Assembly (NCBI RefSeq): GCF_052425735.1
Contig: NC_135764.1
Span: 32,674,001 to 32,738,000 of the forward strand
Direction of reading: 5' to 3'
DNA length: 64,000 nucleotides
Origin: Oculina patagonica
Lineage: Eukaryota
Shown here: positions 1-12,985 of the stretch, in pieces
Layout: each line of letters begins with the position of its first letter
Position numbering within the stretch: position 1 is the stretch's first letter
Made by a program: the position numbers and the translations under genes
Notes under the pieces: model-generated
The model's database searches: none
What the model was told of the DNA's origin: nothing
The model's input: the letters and a program-made list of their open reading frames with translations, nothing else

Positions 1-391
1 GTAGATGATGTAAAAAACAAAACAAAAAAATCATAGACAGAATATTATAAATATTAAACAATAATTATTAATAAAATAATCATTGGTTACAATATTTCTA
101 ATTCTTATTTATTAATAAAAAAATAAGTTTATGTTACATAATTTATATTATTTCCTTTAATTATATTTAACTGTTATTTATTAATAAACTCAGTCATCAG
201 TAAAATTACTTAAAGTGGACATACTTTTAAATAATTATTAGCTTCTTGTTTTAGCTTAGTATGTAATAAAGAATTAAGTGCACTGTTAGCATCTTTCATC
301 AGGTTAAATCAATAAGACTTTGTTAACCACGAATGGCATTGACCGTATGCATAACTGCAGCTCATCACGTTTAAAGTGGTTTATTGATGTC

Positions 392-3300
392 TTACTGTTG
401 TAACAGCTGATGAACGAGCTGTAAATTGTGCTTGTACTCCTGTGCAGACCTTAAAAATCAATAGCAATGTTAGCCTGAAAGTCACTATTTACTGAAAGAG
501 GACCTGTACATCTTTAAATTAGCTGCAGTTACTGATTATCAGACTTTCTAATACAATCTTTTAAGAAAATTTTTTAAACAATTTCACTTGTGAAACAAGT
601 GCAAAAATCTGGAGAAGTTTTTCTTGTATCTATATTAAGGTTCTTGCACATGCATTAGTTTTATTCTTCTTCACAAGACATAGTGTAAACTAAGCTTATA
701 TAGACTGTTCTTGTGCAGGGCAAGGTTTAGCCTGCGAACGCAGACGCATTTTTTTTCGGTGGAGAGAAGAAGTGAGAGCCGGAAATGTGTGTACATTTGC
801 AGGTAATTGTGAAGAACAGCTCCCCCTAACCGACTGTCGGTCAACTGTCGGCCGACAGGTTACCAACAGACTACCGACAGGCCACCGACAGCCCACCGAC
901 AGGTTACCGACAGTTTCCCAAAACAGACATTTTACTGAAAAACTGAGCAGTAAACACAGAAGTAAAACCGACGCAGAAAGCGATTAAAACAGATAAGACT
1001 CATAAACATTGTATTTCATTGTACTACGGTACTTACTACAAAACAAATCGACTCCTCGCCAAGATTTTCTTTTATACAAACTTCAATCTCTTATAAATAT
1101 ATCACCTACGTAACTTTAAGTCTATAAGGCAAGCAATGAAATCACGTTTGAAGATGATTTTATCCAAAACTCAGGCCAAAACAGTGTAAAAACTTCTCCA
1201 CACACGCACTCGCTGAAGTCTAGGCAAGGTTTTAAATTTAATATTATTTATTAAAAAAACCACGTCAGACAAGTTGTTTTCCAGATAATGGTTTAACACT
1301 GATCAGGGTATCCATAGCAATGGATAGTAAGTAAATTTAGAAAATTTACAGTATTTATCAACGTTTATTACACTTCAATACAGACATCTCAATAAGACAG
1401 AAACTGCACTATAGTAGACACTTGGATCATTCCTTGGTCATTATCATATTATTTGAAGTTTTTATTATACACTGTTTTGGGGGTGAAAACACCACAGGTC
1501 AGGAACGGCGGAGCCGGGGGGGCTGGGGGGGGGGCTTTATCCCCCCCCACTTTTTCTGAAAAAATAAAGGCTTACTAAGAGAAGAGTCTCTTAAGGCCCC
1601 CCCACTTCAAGTCACTAGTCAGCCCCCCCTCCAACCTGGAAAAATGCTCCTCCGTCCCTGAAGGTTTCTTACTAATAGTTGACATAATGGTCCCAAGCTG
1701 GTATAAAGCTACTTATAGGACTAACTAACCTTTCCTGAAGGGTGGCATTTTCTTTGTATGCTTCATCAAGCTTTCTCTTTAATTGTTCCACTTCCTCTAC
1801 CAGTCCATCTCTTTCACTCTTGAGCTAATAAAGACACATCAAATTTACTTGTTATTGGATGACAAACTTAAGTATTTAAATATCGTTATTTTCCCAACAG
1901 AACAATGATGGGGTATGATATCTGACAAGGTTTGGGGGGGAGGGGGTGGTAAGAATCAGATATTTACAATATAACCATAATCTGAAGCAAAGAGAAACAA
2001 AAATGAGGCGGGGGAGGGGGGGGGGGAGGAGGAGGAGGATGTTCCCACTTGGATTTGACTCTGATATTTACCGTAATTGATCTAATAAACGCCCACTCTC
2101 AAATAAACGCCTCATATCTAATAAACACCTCCCCTGAAGTGCAAAGTTTGTATTAGATGCCCCTCTCTAATGAACGCCCCGTGTCTAATAGACACCCCCT
2201 CCAAGAATCATCTCAAAAACCAAGGAAATGCTCCATAGAGTAAAATCACGCAATTAAGTTAGTTTTTTGCTTGACATGGACATCGAAGAGGCCGGCCAAC
2301 ACCGCCAACATGGTTGACCCTGATGACGATAAAAACGTCAATACCGAACCATGAACAACATTTCTAGGTTCTGCATTAGCCCAGATTAGTCTCCTAGTCA
2401 CTAGAACACTACCCATCCTAATTTGTTTTGTTGATGTTCTTACTGAAATAAACGCCTCTCTCTGATAAACGCCTCATATCATATTTAACGTCTCCCCTAA
2501 AACCCCCAACATTTGAAAGACGCCCGGGGCGTTTATTAAATCATTTACGGTATGCAACTAGAAAGTGTACACTGAGGGTTTAGAGCCTATATCTTAATTA
2601 TAAGACATTTTAATATGTAGTATTGCTGTATATTTCTGAGTCTTGCAGTATATTTTTTAGGGAGCCTCTAGGGGAAAAAAAAAGGTACAGTCAGACTGTG
2701 GTATTACTAGACTTGCCCCAAGTCGACTCTCTGGAGCGACGAAGTCGCGATCAACGAGCGACGCAAGTCGCGAGTCGACTTGTTCCGCCTGCAGGAGATT
2801 GAATTTAATTTGCATAATGCTGGCGCGAAAAGTCATGGGTGTGACGTAAATTTGACAGCTCTCCCTCTGATCGCTCGTTGAAATAAACAGTTCTCAAATG
2901 ACTGGATACGCGCGTGAATTTCGCAATGAATGAGGATGACCTGACCCCAACAAAAACTGTTTCCCGTGTCAGCGTATCCCCAAAATCGAAAGAGACAGTC
3001 TGCATCTTGTGCGCGGAAGTTATATCTAACACAAGCTATCGCAGAAAGCTTTTTACGGGTCTCTCTAAGTCGCCAGCCTGTGTGAACTTGAAAATTCTTG
3101 TTGGTGCGAAGATAGTCAAAGAAAGCTGCTCGACAGATATCATTTGTAAAAACTGTGCTCGAAGCAACGAGAACGTTGTTAAGAAGGTCCTTGAAGTAAG
3201 ACAGCAATTGTCATCATCGCAAGAGAGATTAGCAGAAAACCGCGGCTCCGTCGAGTCGGTGAAAAGACTTACTAAAGACTCGACTGTTCAAGTTCGCAGT

Positions 3301-5536
3301 AAACGGAAAGCTCTCACCTTCGGAGAAACCAGCACTGCACAACCAATTCCCTTGGTCACGACAACAGAAAAGTCGACTCAAACATTGTCATGGCCGGAAG
3401 ATTCTAATATGTCTGCTGTTTATGTAATTACGCTTTAAATGTTTCCACGAGTGCAAAATAGCCGAATAGATTTCACTTTCATAACTGTGTACGTTTTGCC
3501 ACGCGTGCACTGTTTGCTTTTTATTGTTCGAACGGAAATAAATGATTTGTCTGGACTTGATATAATAAATCTAATAGTCGCGCATTTTTCCAAATTTATA
3601 AGACAAAATTATAAGTACGCTTTAAATGTTTCCACGAGTGCAAAATAGCCGGATAGATTTCACTTTTATCACTGTGTAAGTTTTGCCATGCGTGCACTGA
3701 TTACAACCGAATAAATATCACTAGAGTGTTAATAATTTGGAGTTTGCTTTTTATTGTTCGACCGGAAATAAATGATTTCTCTGGAAATAAATGATTTCAA
3801 ATTTATAAGACAAAGAACGATTGTTTTATCCTGTTTTATCCTAACTTAAACTATTTTGACACCAAAGGGAAAATAACAAGGCAAACTCAGTGTTTCAATA
3901 ACATCTCTTTCGCTGTGGCGCGATGTGGAACGTTAGGCTTTTTCCTGAGCCTGTCGGAGCGACCATTAAAACATCTCGACCAAAATACAAAAAACCGAAA
4001 TACAGTAACGTACGCCTCCACTACATTTCGTTGAATTTCGCGAATTTCCTTGAATCCAAGCTTCGTTAACCTAGCGTTTATTGCCTCTTTCACGTTCATT
4101 ATTGTCACATCTTTGCTCACGTCGAGAGCAACCGAAATTTCCCGGATAATCGAAGTTAAGCACATTTCTTTCCTGATTGGTTATCAACGCTGACACACCC
4201 CCGACACACCGCCGACCAGAAAACTGGTCGGTAGAAAATGGCGCGCTGCAGGCGAGAAAAGTCCGTCTTCCGCCAGACGACTTAATTATCGGAAACGGAC
4301 TTTGAGAAAGTCTATGGTATTACCTTCAAGAATGTCTTATAAGAGATTTATTATCACGTGTTTTTCTAACCTTAAAAACAGACTTGGAACCATATAATTT
4401 TTGTGCTCTTTTTCAGAACGAGTACAAAATATTGAGGGATATTTGTACTCATTTTGAACGTTATTTATATTCCACTTAGTGGATTTGGATAATTAAGACT
4501 GAATATTGCAGAATTCAGTTTATGTATAAATTCATTTGACACTCCATAAAATGGTGTTTTGAATGTATGCAATGGGAACTCTCATATTTCTGAGATATGG
4601 TCAGTTACCAAGGGGATGTTCAAGTTTCAAAACGATTTTGGTCGAAGTTTCTAGTTTACCAAATTTAATTTAATATAATATCACGAAAAAAGCAAATATT
4701 TACTTTAGAGTCAGAACCACAATGCATTTATTATTTATAAACTCTAAAACTTCGAGATCACCCCCTTCTAAACAGAAGACTTAAAACTTTAAAAGAGGGG
4801 GAATTTATAAATTAATCTCATATAGTCTGGATTGAAAAGATAGTAATTGACCGAAAATATCAACGAGTATAAATAAAAACAGTATTAGGCAACCGTTATA
4901 TTCAAAACTTATTTATCAAACAGTACAAAGGAAAAGAAATAAAGTAAAATTGACAAAAGCGATATTCGAATGCTTTTGACATCCGTTCTAGAACAGGCCC
5001 ATTTGAGGAATCTGTATTAAAATAATTAGAACAATTTTGATCATAAACTCCACCGTTGTACTTTATTTATTACTTTAGCAATACAGTACAACAGTGGAGT
5101 GGTCACGGAACGATGTCTCACAAAAGTCGTCGACGAACACATGAATTTTGAATACACAATAGCTTACCGTGAATATGTTTTCTTGACTTTCGTCACCATT
5201 AGGAACCAGACATTTTTCATCTTCTCTGGGCGAAGTAGACATTCCTTCATTTTGTTTGGTGTCCATCTCAATTACGTAGTCCATTGGAATGATACCCCGC
5301 TCAATCGCAGGGTAATCCTTGGTCTTGAGCAAAGGGTTGTTTTTCCAAACAGTTCGCTCGACATTAACCCAATAATTGTCCCGGCGACTCAGAAATGTGA
5401 AGATTTCGCCTATATGGAAAGACAGAGGATTTGCTCCATCACTATAACATGTATCGGCTGCTGTGAAATCTCTCAATGCCTGCAGCTGTCGGCTTTTTCG
5501 TTTACTTTTCTTACGAGAAGCAACTTTTGAATTCAT
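392..5536 (-). CDS. Small SH3-domain + coiled-coil protein (3 coding exons: 5536-5168, 1824-1730, 449-392)
   Basis: Exon 1 has SH3-like motifs ALRDF..LSFHIGE..YWV..RGIIPMDYV and ends at ACG|GTAAGC. Exon 2 (LKSERDGLVEEVEQLKRKLDEAYKENATLQER) is heptad-like. Phases 0 and 2 join to exon 3, SAQEYKHNLQLVHQLLQQ*. The GTAAGA overlapping the stop could instead be a donor to exons outside the window. Confidence 0.7.
728..1222. mobile_element. Non-autonomous DNA element with TAG...CTA ends and 9-bp TSD (AcademH-type)
   Basis: GGCAAGGTT at 719-727 and again at 1223-1231; ends TAGCCTGCG...GAAGTCTA; internal ACCGACAG-type short repeats at about 830-913. Confidence 0.6.
2071..2550. mobile_element. Tc1/mariner-pogo-type MITE
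   Basis: TA|CCGTAA...TTACGG|TA ends; repeated TAATAAACGCC subterminal motifs. Confidence 0.7.
2914..3438 (+). pseudogene. Truncated transposon ORF with CxxC...CxxC zinc-binding module
   Basis: CILC...CKNC followed by a helical segment; lies inside the TSD-bounded element. Confidence 0.55.
3916..4100 (-). pseudogene. Frameshifted RecQ-type (SF2) helicase N-terminal fragment
   Basis: LTKLGFKEIREIQRNVVEAYV (Q-motif-like), then in another frame at 3981-3916 GRDVLMVAPTGSGKSLTFHIAP (motif I / Walker A). Confidence 0.85.
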
Positions 5537-6131
5537 TTTGTCGAGCCGTGTCTGGAGTAAAATACTCTCTACGCCAGCCGGCCATTCACACATTGAGAAG
5601 GCCGGGAAAGCACATTCCTTCCGAAGATCGAAAGACAACAAAAACCGCGGAGTTCAAAGAAACCACAGAGTCTCATATTTTGGAGCTGTTGGCGATATTG
5701 GACGAACTTGTAAACAGAAAAAAAGTCAGGGGATTAAAAATACTCACCTCAGAGACACTTCAATATCTTGGTTCTTTTCCCAAGAGGAAACTACCCATAA
5801 TGCAGCTGTACAACCGGAAATTCCTTCACTGACAAATCGCCGGAAGTGAGGGACCTTGAAGCCTGCTGCTGGCTTCTTGTTCGTTCAGTGTTATTACAGC
5901 GGGAATCGAATGATCAGCGGCTTAAATTACTGCATTTTCATGCTACAGTGCTAAGATGGAAACAATAATTCACAAAATTTCGGACCAAGGGCTGTTTTTT
6001 TGCATAGCTAACGTTACGTCTCGAGAAGATTAGGTGACCTGGGGCCGACCCTGTTTCCCTGGGGCCAAGTCAAGAATGTTTACCATGACGTCACATTTTA
6101 TGTCCTTGGCAAAGCACAAGTTCAAAACAAC
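5537..6131. promoter_or_regulatory. Divergent (bidirectional) promoter region, SH3 gene / RETREG
   Basis: ATGs about 600 bp apart head-to-head; ETS-like CCGGAAGT at 5840; YY1-like ACATGGCG over the RETREG start. Confidence 0.5.
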
Positions 6132-9100
6132 ATGGCGTCCGACAAACTTGCAGGGGATTCCACGGAAAATTCAGCGGAATCTGAATATGCTGATAATCAA
6201 GAATACATTGAACGAGTCAAAAATTTTCTGAGGCCTGTTGAGAAAAGATGGGACTACATTCAGAGTGTTCTTCTGTGGGAAAACCCTTCACATTCGTTGT
6301 GCTATTTCATTGCGTTGACAGTTCTTGTCGGGTAAGCTGAAGTGTGAAGAAGACATTATCGTTAAATTGCGGGCCGCTCATTTGTTGTCATCTTGTTTCA
6401 CAGGCTCATGGCAAGTGGCAAATTCCGTCTTGTGCTGCTGGTTGTAGTAATAATTGCGTCATCGCTTCTGATGGAGGACATTAGAAGCAAGGTGTGGCAA
6501 TTTGTACAAGGTACGTCACATAATTTAGTTATGCTTGCACTTGCTTAGCAGTCCTGTGTTTGTGGATCTTTGTGATGAGATGTTTATTTCCATAACAGTG
6601 ATCCTAACAAACAATAATCAAGATTTTTTTACTCGACAATATAGGTGGATTTGAAGCAGTCAGCGATGTAGATAGGTAAGCCAGCAAGCAAGCAGAATGC
6701 TAAAATAATTCCTAACACAGAATAAATGTAAAAGAAATTTAATTCGTTGGAAGCTGAATATCTACACCATGTCACCATATGTAGGCTTTGAATACTGTAC
6801 AAAATACTGAATACTAAATACTGTAGTTAAACATTGTTTTGGTATTCCTGAGGGACTACTTAAATGAGCTTACACAACCAAATTCAAATTACCTCTTTGT
6901 AATTTATCTGATATGTTTAATTTTTAATGACAAAAACAGACTAAACCAGGGACTTAGCTATTTTGTCGTATTTCCAGCCGACAAACCACTCTGTCATTTA
7001 ATCGTCTGTGTCAAAGACTGGCACTGATTTGGAGTACCTTTGCTGTTTGGAATGAAAAACTGAATAAGTTGAAAACTGACAACACTTACAAGGTATGATT
7101 TCTTGTCTTTTTCTCCATTAATTAAGTTTGATTCTTGAATAAATTTGTTTGTAAATTATGCTCATGGTTAACTGGCTCTGTCCTGGGAATAGCCATGTTG
7201 TATGTGCTTGTTTAGGAATCACTGTTTAGCTTTTATGTATAATTTTTGTCTTTTTGATTGGTCTTGTACATGGTACATGCATATGTGGACAGGAACTGAT
7301 TAAACCAATAATTATAACATTCAGGTCCTTATTTTTTGCAGTACTATGGTGTTTTATTTGGACTGTTATTGGTGGCAGTCTTTGCTTACCAGTACTTGCC
7401 TTTGCTGCAGATATTTTATGCTACAGGTATATTATTTTCACTTGTATTACCATTTAAAAGTTTTGAATTCAGCATGCACACAAGTATTATCTTGTTTCCA
7501 TGGTGCCGTTTTGATTGACAGTATTAACAGTGGGTAGACAAAATAATTTTTCAACAGGAGAGGAGGTAGAGAGAGAGATCAAAAGATAGTACCGGTATAT
7601 AAAAATACAACCACAGGGGACACAAAAACAACAGAATGGTTTCTTTTGGCTAGTTGGGATGCTTTTGGACAAAAACAGTTTATTTGTGTCATATCCACAT
7701 TTTATTGTGTCTTTTGTTTGTAAGATGATTAAAGTGAAGGAAAATTTCTTGACTCTCTTTCTGTTTTAGTTTGTGCATTGTACTTTGGGCCTGTTATAAA
7801 ACACAATGGGATACACAGAACAGTTAACAAAGCCATAGAACCATTCTACAGGCCATTTGTTGTTCAATGGCAACACAGTAGGACTAAGCGACAAAGGGAT
7901 GTCTTGACAAAAGGTATTAATAATATTTTTTCCTTTATCTTAGAATCTTAATGTTATCACAACTAATGAGCTTAATTTGTGTGGATGTGGTTCAATATCC
8001 CTGATTCAATAAGAATATTGTTATTTTTCTTCTATCTTCTTAGGTGTCTGAAGGTTTAACCAGCTTTGTGGGTGGGATGTTCTATAATTTGATTGAACAA
8101 AGTATCAAGGACCACTGATCTTCAAATTTATATTTATTTAATAGTTACTATTAAAACTCTTTTTCATTTTTCCTCAAAATTTGGCAGTCTCCAGATTGTA
8201 TATTTTCTGGAGTTGTCATATTTTTAGACAATTAATTTATTATAAATTGTTTTTCCTATATCAAAGCAACAGAAGAGGGAGCGCCAGCAGACAGTGATGA
8301 TGAATTTGCAAAGGAGATCCATCCAGTCACTGATGACACACCTGTCAATCAAGACGCCATTCCTTTACAAGAAGAAGAATTCAGTTCATCAGAGCCATCA
8401 TCTCCTGTGCAGTCTGTAGAAGCCAAACTTCTTCAAGGAATTATTTCATCAGCTATTACTCAGGGCCTGAGCTCAATCGCAACCAGTCAAGATTCCCATG
8501 AAACAAAAGGTAATCTAAATACAATACACGTCACCCCACTGAAAACTCAGAGCCATTTGTTAATGGAGTGACCACTAAAGGGCTCATTATATTTGCTCTT
8601 GTGATTACTCATTCCAATAATATTTTATTAGATTTAAGTTGTGCATAAACTCTTATGGTTGTTGTTAGAAGGTGGGACCCAGGTACTAGTACCAGGATTC
8701 TCATGAGTCAGTACCTAAAGAAGTTCACTTCAAATGTTCTTTTCTGCCCGCCTTCTCTCCTTCTGGAACCTTCCTAATTCAAAACTTAATGAAACCCCTG
8801 CCATCTGTTTCATGACATAGGTTTTCAGAAAGTCTCTTCATTTTGTAGACTACAGCAGCTTCAGCTTTATCAGTGTGTTCCATTGTTGTGACCTCGACTT
8901 GTTTTTTGTTTTTCTTGTTATCTAGGCATTTCTGGAGGAGAGACTCCTGAAGTTGAAAGCCCAAGTTTTGACAGTTCTGCTGTGTTTCTGGATGATCTAC
9001 AGTTTTCGTCTTTAAGCCAAGGAGGAGATACTTTGGAATTTGAAGAAGGTGAATTTATGGCGGGGTTAGAATTTCCGGACATTGACAGAGATACTGAATC

Positions 9101-9386
9101 AGACTCAGAAGCCATTCATCCAATCGGAAAGTCAAGAGTGGACAATAAACCGACACAGCCAAAACAAACAGGGGAAGCTGAGGACCCAAAAACCAAAGGT
9201 GACAGGCAGGGGTCTGGGACACCAGAGAGCATCATGACTTCATCAGGAAACACAGATGTGTCAGATTACGAGATGCTTGACCAGTCAGAAGCTGAAGGCA
9301 TGACTCCAACTGATGAAACAGACACTGTTGATTCTACCAGGTTGGGATCAATGACAAATTATGTGGGAAAGTGGCTGGGTTATTAA
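6132..9386 (+). CDS. RETREG: Reticulophagy regulator (FAM134/RETREG family); exons 6132-6331, 6404-6510, 6645-6675, 6978-7092, 7342-7426, 7770-7913, 8267-8509, 8926-9386
   Basis: IQSVLLWENP start of the reticulon-homology domain, hydrophobic hairpins, acidic disordered tail and LIR motif SDYEMLDQSE (FAM134B has DFELLDQSE); all exon phases join. Confidence 0.9.
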
Positions 9387-9817
9387 TGTCGAATGCCATG
9401 TTTTGAATAGCCCATTTCTGAGTTGCCACATGGAATGTGTGTGGACTGGTGCAAACACAATGCACTGTAAGAAAACCACTTCTTGCGCTATGTCGCCCTT
9501 TTGCATTATTTGCACAAGGGTAACTTGTAAAATATGACACCACTGTAAGCAAGAAAAGTCCTTGTACTTTGTCACTGCTTGAATGTGTGCCCTGCTCCCT
9601 TATTATATATTATTCTCACTTCCTTCCAGCAAGTGATCCATACACCTGACAACTCAGAAATTGGCTAATTGAGATTGCTGTCAGTGGTTATTTCTCGATA
9701 ATTTCAATGCAGTAGTAGCCGTTATTTTCAACATTTTAAAAAAATAATATAATTATGTTGTAGCAATGTTACACTAGCATTTTAGTTCTTATTTAAAATT
9801 TTAAGAAATACTGTAAT

Positions 9818-9970
9818 GGTGGATTTCCACTGACGCGTAAATTTTTACGTGCGTGAAAAAAATTAGAGACAATGTATGAACGGCCTGCGTAAACGTGTAC
9901 GCAAGCCGTTCATACATTGTCTCTAATTTTTTTACGCTTGTAAAAATTTACGCGTCAGTGGAAATCCACC
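9818..9970. mobile_element. Palindromic PIF/Harbinger-type MITE just downstream of the RETREG stop
   Basis: GGTGGATTTCCACTGACGCGTAAA...TTTACGCGTCAGTGGAAATCCACC; near-perfect ~70-bp arms. Confidence 0.75.
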
Positions 9971-11532
9971 TTATCACAAGGCAAGTGGAAGTGTCACTTT
10001 GTTGAAAAGAGTACTCAATTACTTATTTTAGCACTCGTTTCACAAAATTAAAAACATGACATTGACAAGTACTGTACATGCAGCTGTGGAAGATACATGG
10101 AGTACTGGCTGCAAGCACAGAAAGATGATAATCCCTTTGCTGAGTGGAGTAAAGCACGTGGAACACTTCCCTTATTATAACAGTCAAAACAGGTCAAGTA
10201 TTTCAACTTTGAACTAGAAATATTATAGTTCAGCAGAAAATCTGATTACATTTTAACTTTCACTTTCACTCTTCTGTGAAAAACTTCATGTTTAAAACAA
10301 GACTTGATTGAAAATTCTCAAACTCATTAGCAATTCATCAAATTAAAACAAAGGAAATCACAGCTGTGATGGTGGTTTAGATGTGATCCTAATAAGCATA
10401 ATTTTTACAATTTCATTTATCCATTTAGTCTTTATTTTTAGTTTGAATTGAGAATTGAGAAAAAGTGTGTTTCTTCACACTTCCAAACACCTTGAAGTTC
10501 GTCAAAAAAAAAAAACTTGGCTGTGTATCATATTTTTAACTCTCTTCTCAGTGTATTGCAATGTGATGAAACACAAGGTGATTCCCTAGTATTGCATTGC
10601 CCATCCTTACTGCGTAGAATTTTACGTGTAATTAGCGTGCACACATAAACAAAATGACGGTTTTTTTCTATGCGGCTTGGCTCGCGAGAAAGAGAAATCA
10701 TCTTTTTCTCGTAAACAAGTTCGGTGACCTATCATTTTTACCGAATGGTAATGAGGTTATGTTATGGGCCGCATTTTCTCACTCGAACACTCACTCACTC
10801 ACTCACTCGATTCTGATATCAAACCGCAATTAATTTATCATTAAACGAGAAACGTGCTGATGGAAAGGTCTTTTAAACGCATTCAGCACATGTCAATCAG
10901 AAACAAATTATTCTTCAACCTCGTTCCAGGGTCTCTCTCTTTCAGGGCAGTAAACTGAATTTCACAAAACAAATCGAAAGAGGATCATTTACACTTATCC
11001 TCTGGTGATAAAAGAGAATAGAATTCGCTCAACGAAGCCTCAGAGCATAGGCTATCAATGACCCATTCACGTAAGAAAACATTCAAAGACGCGTTTTAGT
11101 AAACACAACATTCATGCACGTTTTTGTTTCGCGTCACATCATCTTTGTGTCACGTCATCCGTTCTTCATCTTTTTGAGTCGTGCAAAAACGCGCATCTTT
11201 CTCTCAAATTTTATTCGCTGCTTAAAATAACGCTATACGTGCTGGCAGAAAAGTAAACATATTTAAAAAACAAATTTACTTAATGCTTAAAAGGATCAAA
11301 GGTTACACTTAAATATTTTGTGATGAAATAGAATTCGCGCTACGAAGCCTGAGAGCACGAACCATCAATGATGCAATTCCCATGGAAAAATAAAACATTC
11401 ACAGGGAAATAAAGTGATATTGTGTTACATTATTGAATGCTTATTTGAAGAAAAAAAGCTATCAATGACCCATTCACGCAAGAAAACACTCGAAGGCAAA
11501 TTAAGTGAGATTGTGACATTACTGATAGCACC

Positions 11533-12667
11533 CAGACGACGTTCGAATAGTATCCCATGGTGCAATTCTCCGCGCACTTCACGCAATATCGAAGTTATGG
11601 CGGATTCCACCGTAAAATAACGCCGCTTTCTCTACGGCACATTTCGTATTTTTATCCAGTCAAAAGCAAGAAAATTGTATTATTTTGTTGTTTGTCATAC
11701 TTTCATTGATTTGCAATTGTCCTATGACCGTGGTTTGTTAAAAAACGCCCTCAATTTTGATTATTTTGATTAGCTCTCCTTCACAAAGTGTTCACTGACC
11801 CGCGACAAGGTCATAAATATTCACGATTCTTCGGATTATAAGCAGGTTTCTACTAAATATGGGTCTCACGCTTGCTTAATGAAGGCCGTATTATTCTACT
11901 TGCAAAGAAGTACCCAGAAGTACCCGCATCTTAACGACTTTTTCAGCGATCAAAGATGACTGAAATTTCGATCGAAAAGCAGCGCCGCGTGTTGCGAAGC
12001 GTGTGTGATGTCTGTTTCAGGCAACAATCGCTGGGCTCTATCGTGAGCTTTGTCATCATTGCCATTTATATTTACATTCAAAATGACTAATTTCGAAAGT
12101 AATTTTAAAACTGTACTCTTCAAATAAGTGAAATGCTTACAACTGGTGAAAAATAACCGTAATAATAAGCTCAAATATGTATTCACAGATTATGTAAACA
12201 ACGCCGAACGAGCCCGCCGACTGCGAAGCGGACAGACTAGAGATCGATAGAGATGTAAGAAGAAATGTAAGAAAACCGATTCGGATCAGCACAGGACTTC
12301 TTTATTAACACTCCAGCAACAAATAGCTCATCTATAGCCGAATTTTTGACTGTCACAGGAACGAGAGCTCTTCGACGTTCGTCCAATTGTTCGATAATAC
12401 TAACATGTATTTCTCTGTATACTAGCGAAACACAGGTAAATCCCTTCAATGTGACACTGAAATTCTCCTTTGAAACGCAGTGAACGTAGAATCAGTCGTT
12501 TTATCTCGAAAGCAGCAGCTTTTGAATCAAAACTAGTCCGGAAACACGCCATGGCGAACGCTTCTTCTCGCTTCGCGAGAGCTGAACAATACTGATTAGG
12601 TCACGTACGCAGTGATAATATAAGATGAAACGAAATGCATCATGGGATACTATTCGAACGTCGTCTG
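11533..12667. mobile_element. Non-autonomous DNA transposon with 27-bp TIRs and 9-bp TSD (AcademH-type)
   Basis: CAGACGACGTTCGAATAGTATCCCATG at the left end and its exact reverse complement at the right; TSD GATAGCACC at 11524-11532 and 12668-12676. Confidence 0.85.
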
Positions 12668-12898
12668 GATAGCACCTATGGACTACATATAGTTACGCTT
12701 AAACTGTTATAGAAAATTATTATTGCATGTGACGTGATTTAATAAACGTTTCAGCTCACTGGAAAAACACAAATGCGTAGCACGTTTCTGTTTCGCGCTA
12801 CGTCACCTCGTGTCACGTCATCCGTTTTTCATCTTTTTGAGGCGAGCAGATCTCAAATTTCATCGGCTGTTCAAAAAATAACAACGCTTGTCGCTGCC

Positions 12899-12985
12899 TA
12901 ACCTCCCACGCAGTCGTTCTTAGGGGCGATTGTGTTCCACACCGTGTAACGCGATCACCCCTAAGAACGACTGCGTGGGAGGCTA
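12899..12985. mobile_element. 87-bp palindromic MITE with 9-bp TSD (AcademH-type)
   Basis: TAACCTCCCACGCAGTCGTTCTTAGGGG...CCCCTAAGAACGACTGCGTGGGAGGCTA; flanks GTCGCTGCC / GTCGCTACC. Confidence 0.8.

Larger units (their letters stand above)
2708..4314. mobile_element. Internally deleted AcademH-like DNA transposon in intron 1 of the SH3 gene
   Basis: Exact 9-bp TSD TGGTATTAC (2699-2707, 4315-4323); imperfect terminal inverted repeats (TIRs) TAGACTT...AAGTCTA; convergent remnants of a C2-C2 zinc-finger ORF and a RecQ-type helicase. Confidence 0.85.

Noticed and set aside
5099-5849. Overlapping plus-strand ORFs opposite the SH3 exon
   Set aside because: No recognisable motifs or splice support; most likely shadow ORFs.
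12237-12449. ORF inside the 11533-12667 element as a helicase remnant
   Set aside because: No diagnostic motif is visible; cannot be supported without a search.
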